In this document: piece after piece, positions 1 through 8,541 of the stretch
Numbering within the stretch: the stretch's first letter is position 1
Layout: every line of letters starts with the position of its first letter
DNA from: Nitrospinota bacterium
GTDB taxonomy: Bacteria; Nitrospinota; Nitrospinia; UBA9942
DNA length: 16,351 bases
Direction of reading: 5' to 3'
Assembly (NCBI GenBank): GCA_016207035.1
Contig: JACQQJ010000140.1
Location: forward strand, 1-16,351
The notes under the pieces: generated by a model
Database searches by the model: none
What the model saw: only the letters and a program-made list of their open reading frames with translations
What the model was told of the DNA's origin: nothing
Made by a program: the position numbers and the translations under genes

Positions 1-2
1 AA

Positions 3-80
<78 letters not shown>

Positions 81-152
81 AATTAATAAATATTATTTTT
101 TATAATAGATTTAACATAACCACCAGATTTTTGCAATAAAGAACAGCGGGGT

Positions 153-198
153 AAAAAAAACAGCAGAGGACACGGTGTAACTGTTTCCTCTGCTGTTT
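153..198 (-). terminator. Rho-independent terminator of glnA
   Basis: A perfect 12-bp stem (aacagcagagga / tcctctgctgtt) is followed on the minus strand by a run of 8 T. It lies directly 3' of the glnA stop. Confidence 0.8.
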
Positions 199-206
199 TA
201 ATTCCT

Positions 207-1619
207 TTAAATATCAAAATAGAGGGCAAATTCATATGGATGGGGTCTTAGCCTCATCTGATTCACCTCTTTATCCCTTTTATATTCAAGCCACATATCA
301 ATGGCATCCTGGGTAAAGACATCACCTTTTAGCAGAAAGTCCGGATCCTTTTCTAATGCCTCAAGGGAATCTTCCAGTGAACCAGGAAGGGATGGGACAT
401 TTTTCAACTCTTCAGGTCCAAGTGCATATATATCCTTATCCAGAGGCTCACCTGGGTCAATCTTATTCTGTATACCATCAAGACCTGCCATGAGCATTGC
501 TGCAAATGCAAGATAACCATTACAGGATGGATCAGGGAATCTGACCTCAACCCTCTTCGCCTTCGGGCTTGGTGAATACATCGGCACCCTGACACTTGCA
601 CTCCTGTTTCTGCTTGAATATGCGAGATTGACAGGTGCCTCAAATCCCGGAACTAATCTTTTGTATGAATTGGTTGTAGGTGCTACGATAGCTGCAAGGG
701 CATGGGCATGTTTGAGTATACCACCAACATAGTATAGTGCCAGTTCACTTAAGCCCCCGTAAGAATTTCCTGCAAATAATGGTTTTCCTCCCTTCCATAG
801 GCTCTGATGGGTATGCATACCTGAGCCATTATCGTTCCATATAGGCTTCGGCATGAATGTAACAGTCTTATTATTCCTCCTTGCCACATTTTTACAGATA
901 TATTTATACCACATCAGATTATCAGCACATTTTGTAAGAGGTGCAAACCTCATATCTATCTCGCACTGACCTGCGGTGGCAACCTCATGATGCTGACATT
1001 CAATTGGTATCCCAACCCCCATCATGGTTAATACCATCTCCGTCCTTATATCCATGAGGCTGTCAGTAGGTGGTACTGGGAAATACCCTTCCTTATACCT
1101 TGGTTTATAGCCGAGATTTGGGTTCTCCTCTTTACCTGAGTTCCATTTCCCCTCTTTAGAATCAATAAAGTAATAGCTGCACTGCTCTTTAGAATCATAT
1201 CTTATGTCATCAAATATAAAAAACTCTGCTTCAGGTCCCATATAAGATGTATCTGCTATTCCTGTGGACTTAAGATATGCCTCAGACTTCTGGGCAATGT
1301 ATCTCGGGTCCCTGCTGTATCTCTCCTTTGTTATTGGGTCGACCACATTGGATATCATGCTCAGGGTAGGCTCCTTTGTAAATGGGTCCATAACTGCTGT
1401 AGCCGGGTCAGGAATGAGGAGCATATCACTGGCATGTATAGGCTGCCATCCCCTGATTGATGAACCGTCAAATCCAAATCCATCTTCAAATGAGCTTTCT
1501 TCCAATTCTGTCATTGGAAAAGAGGTATGCTGCCACATTCCTGGAAAATCCATAAACTTTAAATCAAGAATCTTAGCCTTATTCTTTTTTGCAAAATCTA
1601 AAACCTCTTTCGGTGTCAT
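207..1619 (-). CDS. glnA: Glutamine synthetase type I (GSI-beta; adenylylation-loop Tyr appears conserved)
   Basis: The 470-aa ORF has typical GSI motifs ([17 protein letters not shown]). The segment [11 protein letters not shown] resembles the E. coli adenylylation loop DKNLYDLPPEE. An RBS GGGAGGA sits 5 nt upstream of the ATG. Confidence 0.95.
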   Translation of the reverse strand: MTPKEVLDFAKKNKAKILDLKFMDFPGMWQHTSFPMTELEESSFEDGFGFDGSSIRGWQPIHASDMLLIPDPATAVMDPFTKEPTLSMISNVVDPITKERYSRDPRYIAQKSEAYLKSTGIADTSYMGPEAEFFIFDDIRYDSKEQCSYYFIDSKEGKWNSGKEENPNLGYKPRYKEGYFPVPPTDSLMDIRTEMVLTMMGVGIPIECQHHEVATAGQCEIDMRFAPLTKCADNLMWYKYICKNVARRNNKTVTFMPKPIWNDNGSGMHTHQSLWKGGKPLFAGNSYGGLSELALYYVGGILKHAHALAAIVAPTTNSYKRLVPGFEAPVNLAYSSRNRSASVRVPMYSPSPKAKRVEVRFPDPSCNGYLAFAAMLMAGLDGIQNKIDPGEPLDKDIYALGPEELKNVPSLPGSLEDSLEALEKDPDFLLKGDVFTQDAIDMWLEYKRDKEVNQMRLRPHPYEFALYFDI

Positions 1620-1636
1620 AAATCCTCCCTAAAATT

Positions 1637-1674
1637 AACTTTCAACTTTTAACTTTTAACTTTCAACTTTTTTT
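1637..1674. repeat. Tandem heptamer repeat (AACTTTY)x5 abutting the glnA SD
   Basis: The units are aactttc aactttt aactttt aactttc aacttttttt. On the minus strand this is (AAAGTTR)n, immediately 5' of the glnA RBS. Confidence 0.7.
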
Positions 1675-1732
1675 ATATATCACCCCCTTTAAAAATTCAA
1701 ATTTGGGATTTAACTTTAAGGAAAGAGTATTG

Positions 1733-1747
1733 AAGAGAAATTCTCTT
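1733..1747. promoter_or_regulatory. 7-1-7 palindrome AAGAGAA-A-TTCTCTT in the glnA upstream region (candidate operator)
   Basis: This is a perfect inverted repeat about 115 nt upstream of the glnA ATG, inside a 408-bp intergenic region. Confidence 0.3.
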
Positions 1748-1943
1748 TTAAAGGGCTTTTAATGAATCTTTGAAGTAAAGGGTAATGGTAATGCTATCCC
1801 TAATTATCAACTCTCCCCTATTCCCACCAGAGCTGTTATCCCTTTACTCATGCAGCAAGACATTTAAATGAGAGTGAGGGATCATCTCCTTATCCATCAG
1901 AAAAATATTTGACAACCAAAAATGTTTATGTAAATAATATCAC

Positions 1944-2018
1944 AAGGGCAAGTCAGTTCAAAGGCAGAAGTGGTGGTTTAGGGGAACTGCTTCAACCTTT
2001 TTGTCCTGACTTGCCCTT
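1944..2018 (-). terminator. Long-range 13-bp inverted repeat between amt1 stop and glnA leader (possible terminator or attenuator)
   Basis: The arm aagggcaagtcag (1944-1956) pairs with ctgacttgccctt (2006-2018). On the minus strand the distal arm is followed by cattttt. It starts 9 nt after the amt1 stop. Confidence 0.3.
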
Positions 2019-2027
2019 TTAAATATA

Positions 2028-3443
2028 CTATATTATTCCTCTTGTAGTAGTTGTACCAACAAAATCAGGATACGCCTGCATCCCATGCTCTCCAATATCA
2101 AGTCCATTCCGCTCCTCATCCTCATCAACCCTTAAACCCATAGTAGACTTTATAACAAGCCACGCTATAGTACTCACTATCACCACATAGATCCCTACAG
2201 TTACTATACCTGTAATCTGAGAGATGAGCTGGGCTACACCTCCACCATATAAAAGCCCGGTTACGCCGCCTGTAACATTTGCTGCAAAAAGCCCTAAGGA
2301 TAATGTCCCCCATGTACCATTTACAAGGTGAACAGAGAGGGCACCTACAGGGTCGTCCACATGTATTTTATCAAAAAATAGAACAGCATAAACAACCAGT
2401 ATGCCAGCTACTATCCCTATAATAAATGATCCAAAAGGTGTTACCCAGTTACATGGAGCTGTAATAGCCACAAGTCCCGCAAGGATGCCATTTATGACCA
2501 TACTCAAATCTGGTTTACCGAGGGCAAGATAAGATGCATAGGTAGCTGCCACCCCTCCAACAGCGCCGGCTAAACAGGTATTTATAGTAACCCTTGAAAT
2601 GGCATCAGGGTCTGCAGCCATCGTACTTCCAGGATTAAAACCAAACCAACCAAACCACAGGACAAACATACCGAGTGTTGCCATACCCATGTCATGACCT
2701 GGTATTGCATTAACTTTGCCGTCATGAGTATATTTTCCTATCCTTGGTCCAAGCAGATAGGCACCTACTAACGCTGCCCATCCACCAATGCTGTGAACAA
2801 CTGTAGAGCCTGCAAAATCGAGAAAAGGGGTCTTCAAGGTAGCGAGCCATCCACCACCCCATATCCAGTGTCCTGCAACAGGGTATATAAATACAGCCAT
2901 AACTCCTGAAAAGACAAAGAAAGAGAAGTATTTTATCCTCTCTGCAACTGCACCTGATACAATCGTAGCCGCTGTTCCTGCGAAGACTAATTGAAAGATG
3001 AATTTAGCATAGAGAGGGACTCCTGTCCAGTTCAATGAGGGAAAGATTCCATTATACGCATCTCCCATAGCAGGGCTATTGTCAGCCCCATAGAGCATCC
3101 ATCCTGTCGCCCCGAAGAAGGGATTACTATTACTAAACATGATACCAAATCCTACAAACCAGTAGAAGATGGTAGTGACACAGAAGACTATAACATTTTT
3201 TGAAAGTATATTTACTGCATTTTTGGAACGGCACAAACCCGACTCTACCATAGCGAATCCAAGGTTCATAAAAAATACAAGGAAAGCAGTAAAAAGTACC
3301 CAGACCGTATCTGCTGCAAATTTAGCATCAAAGGATGGTGATGCAGAAGCTTGAGGGGCTTCTTCTGCAAAAACCAAGCCTGCAGTAAAAATTACCAGTG
3401 CTGATAAAATAAGCACAATACTAAAATACTTTTTTAAAAACAT
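2028..3443 (-). CDS. amt: Ammonium transporter (Amt/MEP family) with cleavable signal peptide
   Basis: The 471-aa ORF has a multi-TM Amt signature (region D..WVL.TAFLVFFM..GFA.VE.G, about 11 TM helices). The N-terminal signal MFLKKYFSIVLILSALVIFTAGLVFA is present. An RBS GGAGGGA lies upstream. Confidence 0.92.
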   Translation of the reverse strand: MFLKKYFSIVLILSALVIFTAGLVFAEEAPQASASPSFDAKFAADTVWVLFTAFLVFFMNLGFAMVESGLCRSKNAVNILSKNVIVFCVTTIFYWFVGFGIMFSNSNPFFGATGWMLYGADNSPAMGDAYNGIFPSLNWTGVPLYAKFIFQLVFAGTAATIVSGAVAERIKYFSFFVFSGVMAVFIYPVAGHWIWGGGWLATLKTPFLDFAGSTVVHSIGGWAALVGAYLLGPRIGKYTHDGKVNAIPGHDMGMATLGMFVLWFGWFGFNPGSTMAADPDAISRVTINTCLAGAVGGVAATYASYLALGKPDLSMVINGILAGLVAITAPCNWVTPFGSFIIGIVAGILVVYAVLFFDKIHVDDPVGALSVHLVNGTWGTLSLGLFAANVTGGVTGLLYGGGVAQLISQITGIVTVGIYVVIVSTIAWLVIKSTMGLRVDEDEERNGLDIGEHGMQAYPDFVGTTTTRGII

Positions 3444-3701
3444 ATTATTATCCCTCCCTCTGAAATTATTATGATTCAGATGCCCCTCCCTTCAGGGCGA
3501 GGTAATTCACCATAATAAGTATTTCCATTGTTTCCCCATTTTTTATCATATATATTTTGTTAAACCATTAATGACGCGATGAGGTTATAACCACGCCGGC
3601 TTGTGTTTCCCTGGTAACCAGAGTAACCTGGAATCCCCATAACATGAGACCATCATGTTCGATATCATGAGAAGTAACTTCCCCCTGTACAAAAATGAAG
3701 A

Positions 3702-5114
3702 TTACACCTCAATAGAGCTACGAGGTAGGTGATACGCATGTGTTCCGTGTTCCTCTACATCCAGTCCTTCTAATTCTTCTTCCGGAGAAACTCGCAAATT
3801 CCCCATCATTTTTAACGCGCCGAAAAGAATCAGCCCCATTCCAAAGGCCCAAACAAAGCATGTTACAACGCCAGTTGCCTGAGCAATTAAAAGCTTTGTG
3901 CCACCGCCAAATAAAAGTCCGTTACCTGTTGTGTTTGGCATGAACATATCCTGAGCAAAAAGCCCGAGACAAAGTGTTCCAAAAGCGCCGCACATTCCAT
4001 GCACTGGAATGGCTCCAACCGGGTCATCAATATGCAGCTTGTCTAACAAAAGAACGCCAAGGACAACCACGATGCCTGCAGCGCCACCAATAATAACAGA
4101 GGAAAGCGGGCTTACATATGCGCAGGGCGCCGTGATGGCGACAAGACCGGCAAGTGCACCGTTTAAAGACATGCCGATATCCCATCTGCCAAACATCCTT
4201 TTAGAAAAAAGCAGTGCTGTGATAACACCGGCGGCGGCTGCCAGATTGGTTGTGACGGCTATATGCGCGATGTTATCCACAGTTCCTGACATTGTAGAGC
4301 CGGGATTAAACCCGAACCAGCCGAGCCACAGAATAAACACGCCAAGCGTTGCCATGGGGAGATTATGCCCCAGAATGACGTTGACGCTTCCATCTTTGTT
4401 ATATTTCCCTATGCGAGGTCCTAACATTATAGAACCTGCGAGTGCTACCCACCCGCCTACGGAATGTACGACGGTAGAGCCTGCAAAATCCCACATTCCC
4501 ATTTTTGCAAGCCAGCCTGCTCCCCATACCCAGTGCCCGAAAATCGGATAAATAATCAAGCTGATGAAAATGCTGTACCACAGATACGCTGAAAACTTTG
4601 TGCGCTCCGCCATGGCGCCGGACACAATCGTTGCCGACGTTGCCGCAAACACAAGCTGAAACATATACTTTGCGTAGATGGACACATTTGCCCACGCTAT
4701 GGGTTCAAAACTCTTTATCGGGTCACCTGCAAGAAAAAAACCTGTCGTGCCGATAAAATCGTTTCCCGTTCCAAACATCAAGCCGAATCCTATTGCCCAG
4801 TACGCAATGGAGCCAAAGCAAAAATCAAGCAGGTTTTTCATCATAATGTTGTTTGTATTTTTCGCCTGTGTAAAACCTCCTTCCACATACGCAAACCCTG
4901 CCTGCATCCAGAACACAAGAAATGCCGTTACCAGCACCCACACCATGTCTATGGCGCGCGCATGAGCGTCTAATTTTGTGGATAAATCAGTAATGGTTGG
5001 CACTGCGTCCTCCGCAAGGGACAATAGCGGCTTGCATAAAAATGCTAAAAGCATAACCACAACCCACCCCGCAAAGAATTTCCATCTCTTTCTTTGATAC
5101 TTTTTTAAAACCAT
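3702..5114 (-). CDS. amt: Ammonium transporter (Amt/MEP family), paralog of downstream amt
   Basis: The ORF track extends to 5192, but the start is set at MVLKKYQRKRW (5114). This is based on the RBS AGGGAGGG and a leader about 40 nt long that is near-identical to the amt1 start region (ccatattattatccctccct). Length is 471 aa, the same as amt1. A strong Amt signature is present. Confidence 0.9.
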   Translation of the reverse strand: MVLKKYQRKRWKFFAGWVVVMLLAFLCKPLLSLAEDAVPTITDLSTKLDAHARAIDMVWVLVTAFLVFWMQAGFAYVEGGFTQAKNTNNIMMKNLLDFCFGSIAYWAIGFGLMFGTGNDFIGTTGFFLAGDPIKSFEPIAWANVSIYAKYMFQLVFAATSATIVSGAMAERTKFSAYLWYSIFISLIIYPIFGHWVWGAGWLAKMGMWDFAGSTVVHSVGGWVALAGSIMLGPRIGKYNKDGSVNVILGHNLPMATLGVFILWLGWFGFNPGSTMSGTVDNIAHIAVTTNLAAAAGVITALLFSKRMFGRWDIGMSLNGALAGLVAITAPCAYVSPLSSVIIGGAAGIVVVLGVLLLDKLHIDDPVGAIPVHGMCGAFGTLCLGLFAQDMFMPNTTGNGLLFGGGTKLLIAQATGVVTCFVWAFGMGLILFGALKMMGNLRVSPEEELEGLDVEEHGTHAYHLPRSSIEV

Positions 5115-5181
5115 ATTATTATCCCTCCCTTTAATCCCCATATATTTCCCCCTTAATGCAAAAATGGGGGATTGTAAGGGA

Positions 5182-5535
<354 letters not shown>

Positions 5536-5554
5536 TTAATTAACCCATCCTTAA

Positions 5555-5581
5555 TCCTCCCCTTAATGTAAGGGGACGGAG
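5555..5581 (-). other. Stem-loop (cccctta-atg-taagggg, extended by tcc/gga) between the OMP and glnK genes
   Basis: A perfect 7-bp GC-rich stem with a 3-nt loop. No T-run follows. Candidate processing or stability or regulatory element. Confidence 0.4.
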
Positions 5582-5590
5582 GAGGTGGGA

Positions 5591-6718
5591 TTAAAAATAG
5601 AAGAACACATTGACTGCCACCGTATCCTGTTCTTTTACATCTGCAGTCTTTTCTTTTTTATCAAATACAGGCTTATCAGATACATCATGACGATATTCAG
5701 GTCTTATAACGAGATACTTCTTTATAGCAAACTCAGGTGTAACCGTAATCTCCCACATATCCTGTTTTGTCAATGTCCTCGCACCATCATCATCCTTAAA
5801 TATCTCTCCCCTGAGATTGAGAGAAATCATATCATTTGCAACATATCTGATATAACCTGCAAGTCCTGACCATTTGCTATCACTATTCGGGCTCGATACA
5901 TTATTAGGATCCTTCTGTTCACTCCCATAGACATAGTCAAAAGCAAGGGTAAGACGCTCCAATAAAGTAAATGACAGATTTGCATCAAAGAGGCTTCTCA
6001 TATTGCTATCGTTGTTGGTCTGTTCTGGTCCCCACATGTATTTAATATTCAGCATAGTGTTTGGTATAGGTGTCAATGCCAGATGTGTGCAAATGGTCTT
6101 CCCCCTGTTATTATCCACTACATTGTCCCATCCATTTAAGACTTCTGCTGTTAGAGAAGCCATATCATTGAATTTATACACCCCTCTTAATCCGGTATGT
6201 GTGAATGGAATGGAATAGAAAAATAGAAGAGAGCGAGAGTAGTTGTAATTCCATGCATCGTATCCCTCAATTACCTCTGCCCCCATCTCTGTGATGTATT
6301 TTCCTAAATCAAGGGCAAGTCCAGTCCCTACAGGTAATACATATCGCACATAAGCCTGTTGGATATCAAAATCATCATCAGCAGCCTGTGTTACACCGGG
6401 CCAGGAAGAGCGTATAGCTTTAGGGATTGTATACCCATACATGATATCTGTCCTATAGCCAATATCCCCTGGCTCTATAGCCTCCTTTTGAAAAACCAGC
6501 TCTGCAACATCTACATTAAAACTATTTGCATTCTCATTAAAGGGTCTAAAATTTATCTTTCTTGAATCGGGGTCATTAAAATTATAGTTATATGCTGTCG
6601 AGACAAACCCATTTACCTTAATATCCTTTAAAAGATCTCCTGCATCTACAGCATAAGAAATGCTGCAAAATGAAATAACTAAAACAAAAGCTACTGTGAA
6701 AATTTTTAAACCTTTCAT
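5591..6718 (-). CDS. Outer-membrane beta-barrel (porin-like) protein encoded with glnK-amt
   Basis: A signal peptide MKGLKIFTVAFVLVISFCSISYA is present. Composition is beta-rich with alternating aromatics. The C-terminus ...VNVFFYF is a typical OMP signature. The start is set at 6718 (RBS AGGAGGG); the ORF track gives the alternative 6742. Confidence 0.7.
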   Translation of the reverse strand: MKGLKIFTVAFVLVISFCSISYAVDAGDLLKDIKVNGFVSTAYNYNFNDPDSRKINFRPFNENANSFNVDVAELVFQKEAIEPGDIGYRTDIMYGYTIPKAIRSSWPGVTQAADDDFDIQQAYVRYVLPVGTGLALDLGKYITEMGAEVIEGYDAWNYNYSRSLLFFYSIPFTHTGLRGVYKFNDMASLTAEVLNGWDNVVDNNRGKTICTHLALTPIPNTMLNIKYMWGPEQTNNDSNMRSLFDANLSFTLLERLTLAFDYVYGSEQKDPNNVSSPNSDSKWSGLAGYIRYVANDMISLNLRGEIFKDDDGARTLTKQDMWEITVTPEFAIKKYLVIRPEYRHDVSDKPVFDKKEKTADVKEQDTVAVNVFFYF

Positions 6719-6734
6719 TAATTTTACCCTCCTT

Positions 6735-6914
6735 TTAATCAACTAAGTTTTTAAGCCTCTTTATTTTGTCTATTACAACCTTTGATTTTGGCAGACTATC
6801 CCCCCTTTCCCATCTGGAGACTGTGGTTACTGTGACGCCAATCCTTCTTGCAAATTCATCCTGCGTCATTCCCAAGCTCTCCCTTATATTTTTTATTTCT
6901 TCTCTTTTGAACAT
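6735..6914 (-). CDS. XRE-family helix-turn-helix transcriptional regulator (small, about 59 aa)
   Basis: HTH_3 motif MTQDEFARRIGVTVTTVSRWERG. The ORF track extends to 6941, but a sigma-54-like promoter overlaps those codons, so the start is set at MFKREE (6914). Confidence 0.65.
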   Translation of the reverse strand: MFKREEIKNIRESLGMTQDEFARRIGVTVTTVSRWERGDSLPKSKVVIDKIKRLKNLVD

Positions 6915-6929
6915 CTGTATATACATGTG

Positions 6930-6945
6930 AGCAAAGGGCATGCCA
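6930..6945 (-). promoter_or_regulatory. Sigma-54 (-24/-12) promoter TGGCAT-N5-TTGCT heading the XRE-OMP-glnK-amt-amt(-glnA) gene string
   Basis: The minus strand reads TGGCATgccctTTGCT, with GG and GC at the canonical spacing. An ATG lies 16 nt downstream of the -12 element, implying a very short leader or a leaderless transcript. Confidence 0.5.
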
Positions 6946-6952
6946 GGAAGCC

Positions 6953-6990
6953 GTTTAAACAGTTTAAACCGATTAAACCGTTCAACCTGT
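6953..6990. promoter_or_regulatory. Array of palindromic GTTTAAAC-like repeats just upstream of the sigma-54 promoter
   Basis: The units are gtttaaac / a-gtttaaac / c-gattaaac / c-gttcaac, direct repeats of a self-palindromic octamer. Candidate regulator or architectural-protein binding sites. Confidence 0.35.
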
Positions 6991-7179
6991 TGATTTGGTT
7001 AAGGAAAATAGTTGGAAGGTCAGAAACTAAAAGACAGGAATCAGGAGTTTATATGCCCTATATTGAAGCAATAAGGTATTTTTTATGCCTGATTTTATAG
7101 CACTGTTATTAAACAGATAAAACTTTGGTTATTGAGTTTTAAATAATAGAAGATACACCAAAGAACTATCCTCCTGTAT

Positions 7180-8439
7180 CTATTCCTTTGTAAGCTCCTT
7201 TAATTGATTTAAAAGAAAAATGTCAAGGACTGGATTCCCTGATGTATGACTGCTGCCTCCTACAATAGCTGATGGAACTTTAACCTCTTTAAGTGCATTT
7301 GCCACCCCTATAAGGGTATCTCTCTTCATCTGCAGTCTGAGTTCAAGGGAATTGTCTGCCTTTGCCAGTGCCTGCCTCCACTCAGCCTCTTTTAGAGAGG
7401 CAATCCTCTTTCCTTCTGCTTCTTCCATAATCGCCTGTTTCTCAAGTCTTGCCTTCTCCAAAAATAGTTGTGCAGTCTCTTTCTCCCTTTGGGCATTGAT
7501 TAATGCAACTGTCTTCTCCTTCTCTGCCTCTATCGTTGACACCTCTGCCTCTTTTTCAGCACGTATCCTTGCCTCTAATCTCTGTGGTTCTTCTCTTGCC
7601 TTTGTCTCTGCCTGAAATTTCTCCTCCTCAGCCTTTGCAGTAATAGCATCCTGTTTTGCCTTTTCTGCTGCAATAATTGCATTATTCCTCTGCTGTTCTA
7701 ATAATCTCTGTTCATCAAACTTTGATTGGGACTGTTTATCATATTCAATCTTCTTTAAGGTAAAATTCCTGATAGCAATCCCGAATTTATCTGTAATTCC
7801 AGGCATTCTTACCGGTAACAAGATACCATTTTCTGTTTTTGTAAGAGGGATTAACATAATATTCCCATCTGTTACCCTTTTATCATAAGTAATCAGACCG
7901 TTCTGAAGACTATCAAATATATCCCTGATAAAATTCCCCCTCTCACGAATTGAGTCTGTGCTGCTATATGAGGCAGCCACGAGGGTCATCACAGTATTAA
8001 TATAGTTCCTCAATATCCTCTGCTGAAGATTATCTTCGTTTTGTGCCTCCTGGATGATCAATCTTATTTTTTCAGGGTCAGATGGCATTGTATACCGTAT
8101 CACCCCATTTATATTTGCAATGCCATTGTCCTTAAATACAACACTGATTGAATCAACAATCTTCCTCTCCTCTTTTTTTACCTTCTCTACATGATCTTCA
8201 AAAGTAACAGCCCCTGATACCCTGAACTTAGTTACTTCGCTGAACAACCCTTTCCAGTAAAGACCTGGATTTGTGATAATCTTTAATTCCCCACTTGGCC
8301 ACTTCTGAACTACAAGATAGTGACCGGTAGAGTTTTTTCCAAAGAGAGAATAGATTATCAACACCACCAGGATAGCTGGTATTAATTTTTTAAAGTTAAC
8401 CCTTTTCCATACAGGCTCTCTTTCTAATTCTGTATTCAT
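7180..8439 (-). CDS. SPFH/Band-7 (flotillin-like) membrane protein with C-terminal coiled-coil
   Basis: An N-terminal TM segment (LIPAILVVLIIYSLF) is followed by an SPFH-like core. A long E/A/K-rich coiled-coil tail (EKAKQDAITAKAEEEKFQAETKAREE...) is typical of flotillin/YqiK-like proteins. The start is at MNTELERE (8439) with RBS AGGAGGAGA. Confidence 0.7.
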   Translation of the reverse strand: MNTELEREPVWKRVNFKKLIPAILVVLIIYSLFGKNSTGHYLVVQKWPSGELKIITNPGLYWKGLFSEVTKFRVSGAVTFEDHVEKVKKEERKIVDSISVVFKDNGIANINGVIRYTMPSDPEKIRLIIQEAQNEDNLQQRILRNYINTVMTLVAASYSSTDSIRERGNFIRDIFDSLQNGLITYDKRVTDGNIMLIPLTKTENGILLPVRMPGITDKFGIAIRNFTLKKIEYDKQSQSKFDEQRLLEQQRNNAIIAAEKAKQDAITAKAEEEKFQAETKAREEPQRLEARIRAEKEAEVSTIEAEKEKTVALINAQREKETAQLFLEKARLEKQAIMEEAEGKRIASLKEAEWRQALAKADNSLELRLQMKRDTLIGVANALKEVKVPSAIVGGSSHTSGNPVLDIFLLNQLKELTKE

Positions 8440-8451
8440 ATCTCCTCCTTC

Positions 8452-8524
8452 AAAAAATAGCAATGAGCAACAAACAACAAGCAATGAGCAATGAGTAATG
8501 AGTAATAAGTTTTTTCCTCATTGC
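8452..8524 (-). terminator. Terminator-like hairpin built from tandem heptamers (GCAATGAG/TAATGAG) after the FGE-like gene
   Basis: On the minus strand, gcaatgagg ... (ctcattg)n ... gctcattgct is followed by attttttg. It lies 3' of the FGE-like stop and immediately 5' of the SPFH RBS. Confidence 0.4.
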
Positions 8525-8541
8525 TTTCCACTCGTCACTTT

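Noticed and set aside
301-1632. Plus-strand ORFs 301..516, 1264..1632 and many others (4009..4551, 8878..9387, 13019..13375 and so on) from the six-frame track
   Set aside because: All lie antisense inside strong minus-strand genes with clear homology. They have low-complexity or Ser/Pro/Arg-rich translations typical of shadow ORFs, and no RBS.
3444-3701. Possible glutamine riboswitch (glnA RNA motif) in the amt2-amt1 intergenic region; contains CCTGAAGGGAGGGG resembling GGAAGGA-type cores
   Set aside because: I cannot reconstruct the conserved E-loop or pseudoknot consensus from memory. The match is weak. An Infernal scan is needed.
6915-6941. Longer N-terminus of the XRE regulator (MPFAHMYIQM...)
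   Set aside because: These codons overlap the sigma-54 -24/-12 element and have no SD. The shorter MFKREE start is preferred, though this is unproven.
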